This document shows, piece after piece, positions 26,776-35,961 of a DNA stretch of 64,000 nucleotides; the stretch's first letter is position 1, and each line of letters begins with the position of its first letter. The position numbers and the translations under genes are program-made. The notes below the pieces were generated by a model. It was given only the letters and a program-made list of their open reading frames with translations, was not told the origin of the DNA and did no database searches. The stretch comes from Candidatus Levyibacteriota bacterium (GTDB taxonomy: Bacteria > Patescibacteriota > Microgenomatia > Levybacterales > UBA12049): the NCBI GenBank assembly GCA_038205015.1, contig JBBRCK010000003.1, positions 2,527 through 66,526 of the forward strand. Reading direction: 5' to 3'.

Positions 26776-29205
26776 ATGAAATTAGACGGAATGAGACAAA
26801 AAGTATTTTTAGACAGATATTCTTTAAGAGATACCAAGGGTAATCCTACAGAGAAAACCCCGGATGAGATGTGGAAGAGGGTTGCAAAGGCAATTTCCGG
26901 AGTTGAAAAACCAAAAGACCGCAAAAAATGGGAGAAAAAGTTTTACGACGTAATGGATGGCTTTAAATTTTTACCAGGAGGAAGAATTTTATCAGGTGCT
27001 GGAACAGGATATGACGTTACATACTTTAACTGCTTTGTAATCCCAAACCCACCAGACTCCCGCGAGGGGATAATGGAAAATTTAACCCAAATGATTGAGA
27101 TTATGGCAAGAGCAGGTGGAGTGGGAGTTAATTTATCTTCCCTTCGGCCAAGAGGGTCAAGAGTTAAAAAGGTTAATGGATTTTCTTCAGGACCTTTAAA
27201 TTGGGCGTCACTTTATTCAGTAGCGACAAAAGATATTGTTCAGCAGGGTGGTTCAAGGAGGGGAGCGTTAATGCTAATGCTTAATGATTGGCATCCGGAT
27301 ATAGAAGAATTCATAACCAAGAAGCAGGATTTAACTCAGCTTAACGGGGCTAACCTTTCGGTTTGTGTTTCCGATGCTTTTATGGAAGCTGTTAAGAAAA
27401 ATGCAGATTGGGATTTAGTCTTTGCAGACTTAGATGATAAAAAATATGACACAAAATGGACAGGAGATATGGATGTGTGGAAAAAATTAGGCGGAAAAAC
27501 AAAAGTTATAAAAACAGTGAAAGCAAAGGATCTCTGGGATTTAATTTGTAAGGCAGCATGGACTTCTGCCGAGCCAGGTCTTCACTTTTTGGATAGAAGT
27601 AATAAGAGAAGTAATACTTGGTATTTCGAAAGACTTTCAGCCACAAATCCTTGCGGAGAACAACCTTTATCTCCTTGGGCAGTTTGTAATTTAGGCGCAA
27701 TGAATTTAGCAGCCTACGTTGATAAAAAGGGTCAGTTTGACTATGACAATTTTGGAAAAGATGTAAAGGTTGCCATGCGATTTTTAGACAATGTAATTGA
27801 CGATACGTATTATTTTTATAAGGAAAATGAAAAAGTTGCCAAAGATATTAGAAGAACCGGACTTGGAATTTTGGGACTGGCAGACGCTTTAATCAAAATG
27901 AAAGTTAAATACGGTTCTGACGAATCCTTACCGGTTATTGAAAAAATATTTAAAACCTTAAGAGATAATGCGTATATTGCATCTTCTGACATGGCCGTTG
28001 AAAAAGGAATTTTTCCTAAATTTAACAAAGAAAAATATTTACAAGGTTTCCATTTAAAAAAACTTCCTGAAGAAATAAGACAAAAAATTGCAAAACAAGG
28101 AATAAGAAATGCAGTTTTATTAACAATTGCCCCAACAGGAACGACAGGTCTTCTTTCGGGAGCTTCATCGGGGATTGAGCCAGTTTATGAATTCCAGTTT
28201 ATAAGAAAGGATAGGCTTGGTGAACACATGATGTATCACCCACTCTATGAAGAGTTCAAAAAAGAAAATCCAAATGTAGAAAAACCGGATTATTTTGTCT
28301 CGGCAAATGATTTAACTCCAGAAGAGCACGTTAGAGTTCAAGCAATTGCTCAGGATTATATCGATTCATCAATTTCAAAAACCGTTAATGCACCCAAAAC
28401 ACATACGGTTGATGACGTAAAAAGACTTTATGAATTAGCCTACGACTCTGGTCTTAAGGGAATTACTTATATGAGGGATGGATCAAGACAAGGAGTTTTA
28501 GAAAGAGTTGAAGAGAAAAAAGAAGAAGTAAAAGAACTACCAAAACAACTAGCCAGCCTTCCGGTTATGCCAAGGCCGGTGATGGTAGAAGGGGTAACGT
28601 ATCAGTCAGATACTCCGGTTGGTAAAACCTTTATAACTATTAATCACAATGAAGGTAATGAGCCATTCGAAGTGTTTATAACGGTTGGAAAATCTGGATC
28701 AGACGTAACCGCAATGGCTGACGCATTAGGAAGAATGATTTCTCTTAATCTAAGACTTAACGGGGGACTTGCACCACGAGAAAGAGTTAGGCAAATTGTT
28801 GCGCAGCTGATTGGAATCGGCGGAGCGAGATCAATTGGTTTTGGTGCAAATAAAGTTTTGTCTCTTCCCGATGCCGTTGCTAAAGTACTTTCCAAGCATT
28901 TTGAGTTTAGGGTTAACGGGGTAGTAGAAGATAGGCCAAGAATTGTTAATGGAGTAGAAAATGGCCACACTAGCGGAAACGGACACGCGCAGGCTATGTC
29001 AGCAGCTCAAGAAAGTATTAAAAAAGATAAAGAAGAAATCGTTAAGCTTGAGCAATTAAGTTTGCAAACTCCATCGGGCTCTTTGTCTGTAACTGAAGGA
29101 ACGGCGACAGGACTTTATGATATCTGTCCGGACTGCGGCGGAGCAAGTTTGGCATATGAAGAAGGTTGTAAAAAATGTTATGCATGCGGATATTCCGAAT
29201 GCTAG
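26776..29205 (+). CDS. nrdJ: Ribonucleoside-diphosphate/triphosphate reductase, class II (adenosylcobalamin-dependent) NrdJ-like
   Basis: ATNPCGEQPL active-site block, C-terminal Cys cluster CPDCGG...CKKCYACGYSEC; no NrdB partner; B12 salvage genes adjacent. Confidence 0.8.
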   Translation: MKLDGMRQKVFLDRYSLRDTKGNPTEKTPDEMWKRVAKAISGVEKPKDRKKWEKKFYDVMDGFKFLPGGRILSGAGTGYDVTYFNCFVIPNPPDSREGIMENLTQMIEIMARAGGVGVNLSSLRPRGSRVKKVNGFSSGPLNWASLYSVATKDIVQQGGSRRGALMLMLNDWHPDIEEFITKKQDLTQLNGANLSVCVSDAFMEAVKKNADWDLVFADLDDKKYDTKWTGDMDVWKKLGGKTKVIKTVKAKDLWDLICKAAWTSAEPGLHFLDRSNKRSNTWYFERLSATNPCGEQPLSPWAVCNLGAMNLAAYVDKKGQFDYDNFGKDVKVAMRFLDNVIDDTYYFYKENEKVAKDIRRTGLGILGLADALIKMKVKYGSDESLPVIEKIFKTLRDNAYIASSDMAVEKGIFPKFNKEKYLQGFHLKKLPEEIRQKIAKQGIRNAVLLTIAPTGTTGLLSGASSGIEPVYEFQFIRKDRLGEHMMYHPLYEEFKKENPNVEKPDYFVSANDLTPEEHVRVQAIAQDYIDSSISKTVNAPKTHTVDDVKRLYELAYDSGLKGITYMRDGSRQGVLERVEEKKEEVKELPKQLASLPVMPRPVMVEGVTYQSDTPVGKTFITINHNEGNEPFEVFITVGKSGSDVTAMADALGRMISLNLRLNGGLAPRERVRQIVAQLIGIGGARSIGFGANKVLSLPDAVAKVLSKHFEFRVNGVVEDRPRIVNGVENGHTSGNGHAQAMSAAQESIKKDKEEIVKLEQLSLQTPSGSLSVTEGTATGLYDICPDCGGASLAYEEGCKKCYACGYSEC

Positions 29206-29214
29206 TTGATTAAA

Positions 29215-29346
29215 AGTTAAATATAGGTAATCTTGGTGTAAATCCAGGGCTGTGCCGCAACTGTTAAAGTCAGAAAACTATATTTAATTTAAATGCCCGA
29301 GCAGGACACTATCATATCCTTCTCGGAATAAGAGAAGGATTTTTTT
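29215..29346 (+). promoter_or_regulatory. Cobalamin (B12) riboswitch with intrinsic terminator expression platform, upstream of DUF4430-membrane-PduO operon
   Basis: AGGUAAUCUUGGUGUAAAUCC, GCUGUGCCGCAACUGU, AGUCAGAAAAC match Cbl riboswitch core/B12 box; terminator CCTTCTC-GGAATAA-GAGAAGG + T7 at 29318-29346. Confidence 0.6.
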
Positions 29347-29709
29347 ATGAAAAGCAAAATAATAATTCTTATCACCTTAGTAGTTTTAGTTTTAACAGTA
29401 ACTGGTGTAGTGATAACTAATGTTAAAAATAAACCAGTAAGTGGTCAATTAATAGTAGCTGCTAAAACAACAGATGCCTTTTCTTATAAGGGTGAGAATG
29501 GAAAAAACGCGCTAATAATCTTAAAAAAAATGGCGAAAGTTGAGCAGGGTTCAAGCGGTTTGGTTACATCAATCAATGGTAGATTAGCACTTAGTTTAAA
29601 AAGAGAGTTCTGGGCTTTTTATGTAAACGGAAAGATGGCAAATGTTGGTCCCGCCGAGTATAATACCAAAGATCAAGATTTAATTAAATGGCAAATAGAA
29701 AAATATTAA
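29347..29709 (+). CDS. DUF4430-like small exported/membrane-anchored protein (family recurrently associated with cobalamin uptake operons)
   Basis: N-terminal TM/signal, C-terminal FWAFYVNGKMANVGPAEY...DLIKW block. Confidence 0.45.
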   Translation: MKSKIIILITLVVLVLTVTGVVITNVKNKPVSGQLIVAAKTTDAFSYKGENGKNALIILKKMAKVEQGSSGLVTSINGRLALSLKREFWAFYVNGKMANVGPAEYNTKDQDLIKWQIEKY

Positions 29710-30230
29710 TGAAAAAAATAATAAGTCCAATCTCTATAATTTTATTCGCAGTAATTTTAAGATTACTACCGCATCCGCCAAATTTAGTTCCGATCGCTGC
29801 AATGGCGTTGTTTGGAGGTTATTATCTTAATAAGAAATTTGCGCTAGTAATTCCTTTGATTGCTATGTTTATTTCAGACATTTTTTTAGGTTTTCATGCA
29901 ACTATGCCGTATGTTTACGGGAGCTTTCTTTTAACAGGAATATTGGGCTTATGGCTAAAAAACCATAGACACGCGAGAAATATTGTTGGAGGGACATTAT
30001 TATCGTCAATTGCATTCTTCTTAATTACAAATTTTGGGGTTTGGGCACAAGGCTCGTATGCAAGAGATGTTAGTGGGCTTTTCCAAAGCTATATCATGGG
30101 AATACCTTTTCTTAGAAATACTCTGCTTGGTGATCTTGGTTATGTTGGTTTGTTTTTCGGTTCTTATGAACTAGCTAAGTTTTTGATATTAGAGCATGGT
30201 TTCAGTAGGGTATTAACGATTAAAAAATAA
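29709..30230 (+). CDS. Small polytopic membrane protein, candidate B12 transporter substrate-capture (ECF S-like) component; ATG 29709 overlapping upstream stop (TAATG) preferred over 29688
   Basis: 5-6 hydrophobic helices, ~174 aa, sits between riboswitch-controlled DUF4430 and PduO; function by context only. Confidence 0.35.
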   Translation: MKKIISPISIILFAVILRLLPHPPNLVPIAAMALFGGYYLNKKFALVIPLIAMFISDIFLGFHATMPYVYGSFLLTGILGLWLKNHRHARNIVGGTLLSSIAFFLITNFGVWAQGSYARDVSGLFQSYIMGIPFLRNTLLGDLGYVGLFFGSYELAKFLILEHGFSRVLTIKK

Positions 30231-30231
30231 C

Positions 30232-30777
30232 ATGCCAATTTATACACGATTTGGTGATAAAGGAAAGACAGCTCTTCATACCGGAAAAACAGTTTCTAAG
30301 GCGAGCACAAGGGTAGAAGCCTATGGAAATTTAGATGAATTAAATAGTTTTTTAGGAGTTGTTTTATTCGAGCTTAAAGATAAAAAAATAAAAGCAGAAA
30401 TTTTACAAATTCAAAATGATTTATTTGAAATTGGCGCAAACCTTGCGGGGCCGGGGGAAAAAGGGTATTCGGGATTTGGAGAAAAATTAAAAAAAAGAGT
30501 GCTGGAGTTTGAAAAGACAATCGATGTATTAACAAATAAGCTCCCTAAGCTTAAAAACTTTATTTTGCCAGGCGGAAAAACAGGCTCGCTTTTGCATTAT
30601 GCCAGAACTGTTTCCAGGCGCGCCGAAAGAAGGACTGTTGCATTAGCCGGAAAAGAAGAGGTTTTAGAAGAAGTGTTGATTTATTTAAATAGACTTTCGG
30701 ATCTTTTATTTACATTTGCAAGATATATAAATTATAAAGAAAAACAAAAAGAAACCATTTGGACTACAAAGCCTTAG
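30232..30777 (+). CDS. PduO-type ATP:cob(I)alamin adenosyltransferase
   Basis: MPIYTRFGDKGKTALHTG...EAYGNLDELNSFLGV typical PduO/MMAB N-terminus. Confidence 0.85.
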   Translation: MPIYTRFGDKGKTALHTGKTVSKASTRVEAYGNLDELNSFLGVVLFELKDKKIKAEILQIQNDLFEIGANLAGPGEKGYSGFGEKLKKRVLEFEKTIDVLTNKLPKLKNFILPGGKTGSLLHYARTVSRRAERRTVALAGKEEVLEEVLIYLNRLSDLLFTFARYINYKEKQKETIWTTKP

Positions 30778-30818
30778 CATTTATTGTTCTTTATTTAGCT
30801 AAATGTTATGATTAATTC

Positions 30819-33770
30819 ATGGACGACGCTGCTCAGAAACAAAATCCAAATCCGAATTTGAAACCCGATCAAGTTTTAGTAAATGGCCAACCGCAGGTAA
30901 ATAATCAACAACCCCCACTAGTTGGTACAGCCAACAAAGAAGCTGGAGTGAGTACTCCATATATTGAACGCTCTCAGCCGGAGATTAAAACTGACTTTTC
31001 TACTCAGGGATTTATTCAAAATACTCAAGCACCTGTTCCGCACGTTCCTGAAGTAGGCCTAGAAGCTAGCGCAGAATCAACACCTGTACAAACAGAGCCA
31101 ACCGGCAAGGTTGTTTTGCCGATGACAGAAGGCGAAGCAGACAAGACTTTAAATAAGAGCCAGTCGAAATTTAATTTACATGAAAATATAGAAGGTGAAT
31201 ATACAGAAGATTCATTACCGTTTTTTGCAACGTTAATAAAAAAAATTTTTAAAGAAATGCGCAAAAGACTTGTTCCCGGTCCCTCAATGTTAGCATTCTT
31301 GCCGCTTATTCCTATGGCTTATGCACAACAAACAGTTGACTTATGTCCAAGAGGAAACTTTCGCATATTATGCTTTCTTACTGCTCAGCGGGCTGTGACA
31401 ACAGTGTCAAGTTCAAATTCTTCAGGGGCAAATATTTTACTGGCAATTTTTTTAGTACTGGTAATTTTATCTGTAACAGTTTTATTAATTCTTGGAATTT
31501 TATACCTTTTATTCATTTGGTATAAAAACAGGGATAGAGAAAAACAATCTCTTGAATCAACGCTCTTACAGATTGCAGTTCCTAAGGATAATGAAATAAA
31601 AATCGATGCCGCAGAACAGCTTTTTGCAAGTTTTTCCGGAATACGAGCTCATGGAATGTTTGCTTTTTTAAAGAATCCTCCGCATATCTCCTTTGAAATA
31701 GTGGGAATGTCCGAGGATATAAAATTTTATATTTATACCCCAAATAAATATAGAGATATGGTAGAAAAACAAATTAATGCCTCATATCCGGATGCAGAGA
31801 TAAGGGTGGTTGAGGAAAAAGGAGCTAAAGAGGGATATATTATTGGTAATGAATACAATATTTTCAGTAAAGATGGAAAAGTTGCTTTTGCATCGTTAAA
31901 ACTGAAAGATTCAAATTATAAGCCTTTAAAAGTCTACAAAGACTTTGCAGTTGATCCGCTGGCTTCAATCACTTCGGTTTTAGCTAAAATGAGTCATGGA
32001 GAAGGTGCGGCAGTTCAGATTTTAATAACAGGTGCTGATTCCAAGTGGAGTAAGATGGGGAGAAAATTTATCTCGGGTGTCAAGAAAACAGAATCAAATC
32101 CCGAGACCGCTAAGTATTCGGCAGACCCTAAAGAGCTGGAGGCAGTCGAGGGTAAAGTATCCAAACCCGGCTTTCAAGCGGTAGTAAGGCTTGTGGTGTC
32201 TTCAAGTTCGCAAGAAGCAGCCACGGTGCACCTTGAAAATATTATTAATTCCTTCGGACAATTTGAAGGATATAACGCTTTTACTAAAAATAAACACTGG
32301 CTTAAAGGGAATTTTATAACAGATTTTGTCTATAGATTTTTCCCATCGGGCGGTAATCTTTCGATTCTAAATAGCGAAGAATTAGCGAGCATGTTCCATT
32401 TTCCAAATAAAAGTGTTACTACGCCTCATATTTATTGGATTAACGCAAAAAGAGCTCCCGCGCCGGCACAAATTCCGGATTCAGGACTATATCTTGGTAT
32501 GAGTACTTTTAGGGGAATTGCTAAACCTGTATATATGAGAGATGACGATAGAAGAAGACACACTTACATTATTGGAAAAACAGGTGTTGGAAAATCGGAA
32601 ATGTTAAAACAAATGATTCTCCAGGATGTTAATGAGGGAAAAGGACTTGCGGTAATTGATCCGCATGGAGATTTAATCGAAGATGTTATGAAAATGATTC
32701 CTCCGGAAAGAGCAGAGGATGTAATCTTATTCGATCCTTCGGATACTGAAAGACCGCTGGGATTAAATATGTTAGAGGCAAAAACTGAGCAGGAAAAACA
32801 CTATATTGTTTCTTCAATCGTAGGACTTATGTACAAGCTTTACGATCCAAACAAGACCGGCATCATTGGCCCTAGATTTGAGCATGCCATTAGAAATGCA
32901 ATGCTTACGGTAATGAGTGAACCTGGAAGCACTTTTATAGAGGTGGTAAGAGCCCTAACCGATGCAAATTTCGTCCAAGAGCTACTTCCAAAAGTGCAAG
33001 ATCCGATAGTCAGGCGTTACTGGACAGACCAGATTGCTCAAACTAATGATTTTCATAAGTCCGAAACTCTTGATTATATAGTTTCTAAATTCGGAAGATT
33101 TGTTACTAACAAAATGATTCGAAACATTATCGGACAAAGTGAATCTGCTTTTGATTTCAGAAAGATAATGGATGAGGGGAAGATTCTTTTAGTTAATTTA
33201 TCTAAAGGAAAAATCGGAGAAGAAAACGCAGCCTTTTTAGGCTTAGTTTTGGTTCCTAGAATTTTAATTGCCGCCATGAGCAGGCAAGATATTGCACAGG
33301 AAGATAGAAAAGACTTTTACCTGTACGTTGACGAATTCCAGAATTTTGCAACTCCTGATTTTGCCCAAATTCTATCCGAAGCCAGGAAGTTTAAATTAAA
33401 CTTAATCGTTGCCAATCAGTTTATCGGACAAATGGATGAAGATGTTAAAAACGCGATTTTTGGAAACGTTGGAACAATAATGTCATTTAGAGTTGGCGTA
33501 ACAGATGCAAATTATCTGATGCATGAATTCCAACCGGTTTTTACAGAGACAGATTTAATTAATGTTGATGTTTATAACGCATATGTAAAGACAATAGTAG
33601 GGAACGAGCCGGTTACGCCTTTTTCCATTGATACTTCAAAAGATATGACTAAGGAAAAGGGCTTAGAGAATCCAAGAGTGGCAGAACTTGTCAGGGAGCT
33701 TTCCAGGCTAAAATATGGAAAAGATGTGGCGAGCCTTGAGGTTAATATTGCGCAAAGAGCCAGGCTGTAA
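30819..33770 (+). CDS. Membrane-anchored P-loop ATPase of FtsK/HerA superfamily (VirD4/TraD/TraG-coupling-protein-like); Q/P/N-rich disordered N-terminus (~160 aa), 2-3 TM, C-terminal ATPase
   Basis: Walker A YIIGKTGVGKSEML, DPHGDL, Walker B LYVDEFQNF, NLIVANQF; low-complexity N-terminus NPNPNLKPDQVLVNGQPQVNNQQPPL. Confidence 0.6.
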   Translation: MDDAAQKQNPNPNLKPDQVLVNGQPQVNNQQPPLVGTANKEAGVSTPYIERSQPEIKTDFSTQGFIQNTQAPVPHVPEVGLEASAESTPVQTEPTGKVVLPMTEGEADKTLNKSQSKFNLHENIEGEYTEDSLPFFATLIKKIFKEMRKRLVPGPSMLAFLPLIPMAYAQQTVDLCPRGNFRILCFLTAQRAVTTVSSSNSSGANILLAIFLVLVILSVTVLLILGILYLLFIWYKNRDREKQSLESTLLQIAVPKDNEIKIDAAEQLFASFSGIRAHGMFAFLKNPPHISFEIVGMSEDIKFYIYTPNKYRDMVEKQINASYPDAEIRVVEEKGAKEGYIIGNEYNIFSKDGKVAFASLKLKDSNYKPLKVYKDFAVDPLASITSVLAKMSHGEGAAVQILITGADSKWSKMGRKFISGVKKTESNPETAKYSADPKELEAVEGKVSKPGFQAVVRLVVSSSSQEAATVHLENIINSFGQFEGYNAFTKNKHWLKGNFITDFVYRFFPSGGNLSILNSEELASMFHFPNKSVTTPHIYWINAKRAPAPAQIPDSGLYLGMSTFRGIAKPVYMRDDDRRRHTYIIGKTGVGKSEMLKQMILQDVNEGKGLAVIDPHGDLIEDVMKMIPPERAEDVILFDPSDTERPLGLNMLEAKTEQEKHYIVSSIVGLMYKLYDPNKTGIIGPRFEHAIRNAMLTVMSEPGSTFIEVVRALTDANFVQELLPKVQDPIVRRYWTDQIAQTNDFHKSETLDYIVSKFGRFVTNKMIRNIIGQSESAFDFRKIMDEGKILLVNLSKGKIGEENAAFLGLVLVPRILIAAMSRQDIAQEDRKDFYLYVDEFQNFATPDFAQILSEARKFKLNLIVANQFIGQMDEDVKNAIFGNVGTIMSFRVGVTDANYLMHEFQPVFTETDLINVDVYNAYVKTIVGNEPVTPFSIDTSKDMTKEKGLENPRVAELVRELSRLKYGKDVASLEVNIAQRARL

Positions 33771-33772
33771 AG

Positions 33773-33801
33773 TTGACAAACCCCGCCAAAATTTGTACTA
33801 T
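33773..33801 (+). promoter_or_regulatory. Sigma70-type promoter TTGACA-17-TACTAT for ORF 33841
   Basis: ttgacaaaccccgccaaaatttgtactat. Confidence 0.4.
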
Positions 33802-33840
33802 TGAAATATATCCTTATAATATTAATTTGGGTGTTCGGTT

Positions 33841-34533
33841 ATGGCAAGAGTTATTGATAGACAAAAAGCAATTGAGTTAAGAAAGAAAGGTCAAACTTAC
33901 AGCGAAATAAGGCATAAGCTGAATATTTCTAAAAGCACGCTTTCTGATTGGTTATCAAAATTTCCGCTAACTGCAGAACAGTTAATTAAGCTTGAAAAGA
34001 GTAGAAAACGAAATAACTTTTTGGGCATAGAAAAAATTAGATTAACAAAACAAAGGAAAAGAGAAAATCGAATAAATACTATTTATGAAATAGAAAAAAA
34101 ACGTTGGCGGTCTTTAAGTATTAAAGAACTTGAGTTGGCGGGCCTTTTCCTTTATTGGGGAGAAGGGAGGAAAAACCTAAAAAGCGCCTTGGCAATTAAT
34201 AATACAGATCCACAAGTGGTTAAATTTGCCTTACGCTGGATGACAGAAGCATTAAAAATTTCCAAAAACAGAATTAAAGTAGAATTGCATCTTTATTCGG
34301 ATATGAATATATTAAGCGAGATAAAATTTTGGGAAAAAGAGCTTGGAATTCCAAAGTTTCAATTTTATAAGCCTTACATAAAAATAAATACTAAAGCCGC
34401 AGTTGACCATAAGGGGTTTGGGCATGGCACATGTGGGTTGATCGTAAATGATGTTAGGCTAAAAGAAAAAGTTATGATGAGTATTAAGGCAATTTCCAAT
34501 CGATGTTCTACGAAAATTGAAGCTATGGTATAA
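33841..34533 (+). CDS. HTH-domain protein with LAGLIDADG-like motif (ELAGLFLYWGEGRK); paralog of 5016..5660; stop 12 nt before tRNA-Ile
   Basis: HTH GQTYSEIRHKLNISKSTLSDWL; conserved blocks shared with paralog (see 5016..5660). Confidence 0.55.
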   Translation: MARVIDRQKAIELRKKGQTYSEIRHKLNISKSTLSDWLSKFPLTAEQLIKLEKSRKRNNFLGIEKIRLTKQRKRENRINTIYEIEKKRWRSLSIKELELAGLFLYWGEGRKNLKSALAINNTDPQVVKFALRWMTEALKISKNRIKVELHLYSDMNILSEIKFWEKELGIPKFQFYKPYIKINTKAAVDHKGFGHGTCGLIVNDVRLKEKVMMSIKAISNRCSTKIEAMV

Positions 34534-34545
34534 TTATCTTTACTT

Positions 34546-34617
34546 GCGCCTGTAGTTCATCGGTAGAACAATTGTCTTATAAACAATAGGTGTTTGGTTC
34601 GACTCCAAGCAGGCGCA
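34546..34617 (+). tRNA. tRNA-Ile (anticodon UAU)
   Basis: Acceptor GCGCCTG/CAGGCGC, D GTTC..GAAC, anticodon stem ATTGT/ACAAT loop CTTATAA, T-arm TTTGG-TTCGACT-CCAAG, discriminator A. Confidence 0.75.
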
Positions 34618-34638
34618 CAGCGTCTTAATTTTTTTGCT

Positions 34639-35499
34639 TTAAAGTTCGGTTAAAACTGAAGAATCTTTGCCGCGTTCTGGCACATACTGGAGATATCTTT
34701 CGGTTGTTGAAAGTCTTTTATGCCCTAAAACCTTAGATAGGGAAACTAGTGACACCCCATGTTTTAAGTGATGAGCAACGAAAGTATGTCTTAAATCATT
34801 TACCTTGGCATCTTTAATTTCTGCTAATCTAAAATACCTTTCAACCGCGGTTCTAATGTTTCTAATTAAGAAAGGTTTTCCGGATTTAGTAATAAAAAGG
34901 TGGTCGTCAGTCACTTTTGGCCTTAAATCTGAATATCTAGCTAATGCTTCTTGAGCTCTTTTGTTTAATGGAACAATTCTGTCGGCATGTTTTTCAAAAG
35001 GTGAAATATGTAGCGTGTCTTTGGTTACGTCGGAAAGTCTAAGGTTAGCAAGCTCACCGATTCTAATACCGGTTTGCAAGAGTAATTCTATAACAGCAAA
35101 CATTCTGGCGTCGTTTCTTGCAGCATCGCGTAGCGCTCTGTATTCGGTCGGAGTAAGTATTCTAGGTGGAGCAAGCTGGTACTTAGGGTGTGAGACTAAA
35201 AGGGAAGGGTCGTCGGTAATATATTCGCTTACTTTTAAGAATCTATAAAAAGTTCTGGTGGAGTTAATTTTTCGAGAAATTGACTTTGGAGTATAGCCTT
35301 CTTTACCTAGTTTTGCCAAAAATGCTTCGATATCTTCTTTTGCAACTTCATGAACCTGATTTCTTTGAAGCTCTTCTAAAAAGGCTATTAATTGGTCAAT
35401 ATCTTTACCGTATGCAACCACAGTAGAAGCAGACTTTTTGTTGTCCTTTAAAAAGTTTTTAAATTCATTATGGGCATCTCTTAATTTGATTGGTTTCAT
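34639..35499 (-). CDS. Tyrosine recombinase XerC/XerD-like
   Basis: N-terminal SAM-like core-binding domain; C-terminal R...HxxR...Y: LRHTFVAHHLKHG...GHKRLSTTERYLQ. Confidence 0.85.
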   Translation of the reverse strand: MKPIKLRDAHNEFKNFLKDNKKSASTVVAYGKDIDQLIAFLEELQRNQVHEVAKEDIEAFLAKLGKEGYTPKSISRKINSTRTFYRFLKVSEYITDDPSLLVSHPKYQLAPPRILTPTEYRALRDAARNDARMFAVIELLLQTGIRIGELANLRLSDVTKDTLHISPFEKHADRIVPLNKRAQEALARYSDLRPKVTDDHLFITKSGKPFLIRNIRTAVERYFRLAEIKDAKVNDLRHTFVAHHLKHGVSLVSLSKVLGHKRLSTTERYLQYVPERGKDSSVLTEL

Positions 35500-35622
35500 A
35501 TAATAATAAATTCAAAGCTAGACTAAGAATTATTGTATCCTATAATATCACTAATTTTCACACTAGTCAAGCACGAAAAAGCCCTATAGCAGATTTATAT
35601 GGTATTATATAGTTAAGTTGAT

Positions 35623-35961
35623 ATGAAAAAGGTTCTTTATATATTCACGGTCATAGTTTTAAGTATTATTATTAGTAATTTGCTTCATTCAATTTATGAT
35701 TTATGGCACAAGCAAGACCTGATAACTACAGCCACAAAACAGCTTGACGCTGAAAAACTCAAAAATGCCAAGCTAAAAGGAGAGCTTTCTTATGTAAAAA
35801 CCCAGCAATTTGTTGATGAAACAGCCAGAAATAAGCTGTTTTTAATAAAACCGGGGGAGCAACAGGTTTTAATCTCAAAAGATTTATTAAAGCTAAATAC
35901 CGGGGATCAAAAAAAGAGTAATCTTTCAAACTGGCAAAAGTGGCTGAATCTTTTCTTCTAG
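35623..35961 (+). CDS. Septum formation initiator FtsB/DivIC-like
   Basis: Single N-terminal TM, coiled coil, C-terminal ETARNKLFLIKPGEQQVLI block typical of DivIC/FtsB. Confidence 0.6.
   Translation: MKKVLYIFTVIVLSIIISNLLHSIYDLWHKQDLITTATKQLDAEKLKNAKLKGELSYVKTQQFVDETARNKLFLIKPGEQQVLISKDLLKLNTGDQKKSNLSNWQKWLNLFF

Noticed and set aside
34546-35499. tRNA plus adjacent tyrosine recombinase as att site/integrase of an integrated element
   Set aside because: The recombinase has the XerC/XerD domain layout. The flanks on the recombinase side are core genes (ftsB-like, tRNA, murD). No direct repeat of the tRNA 3' end was found by eye. More likely chromosomal Xer.
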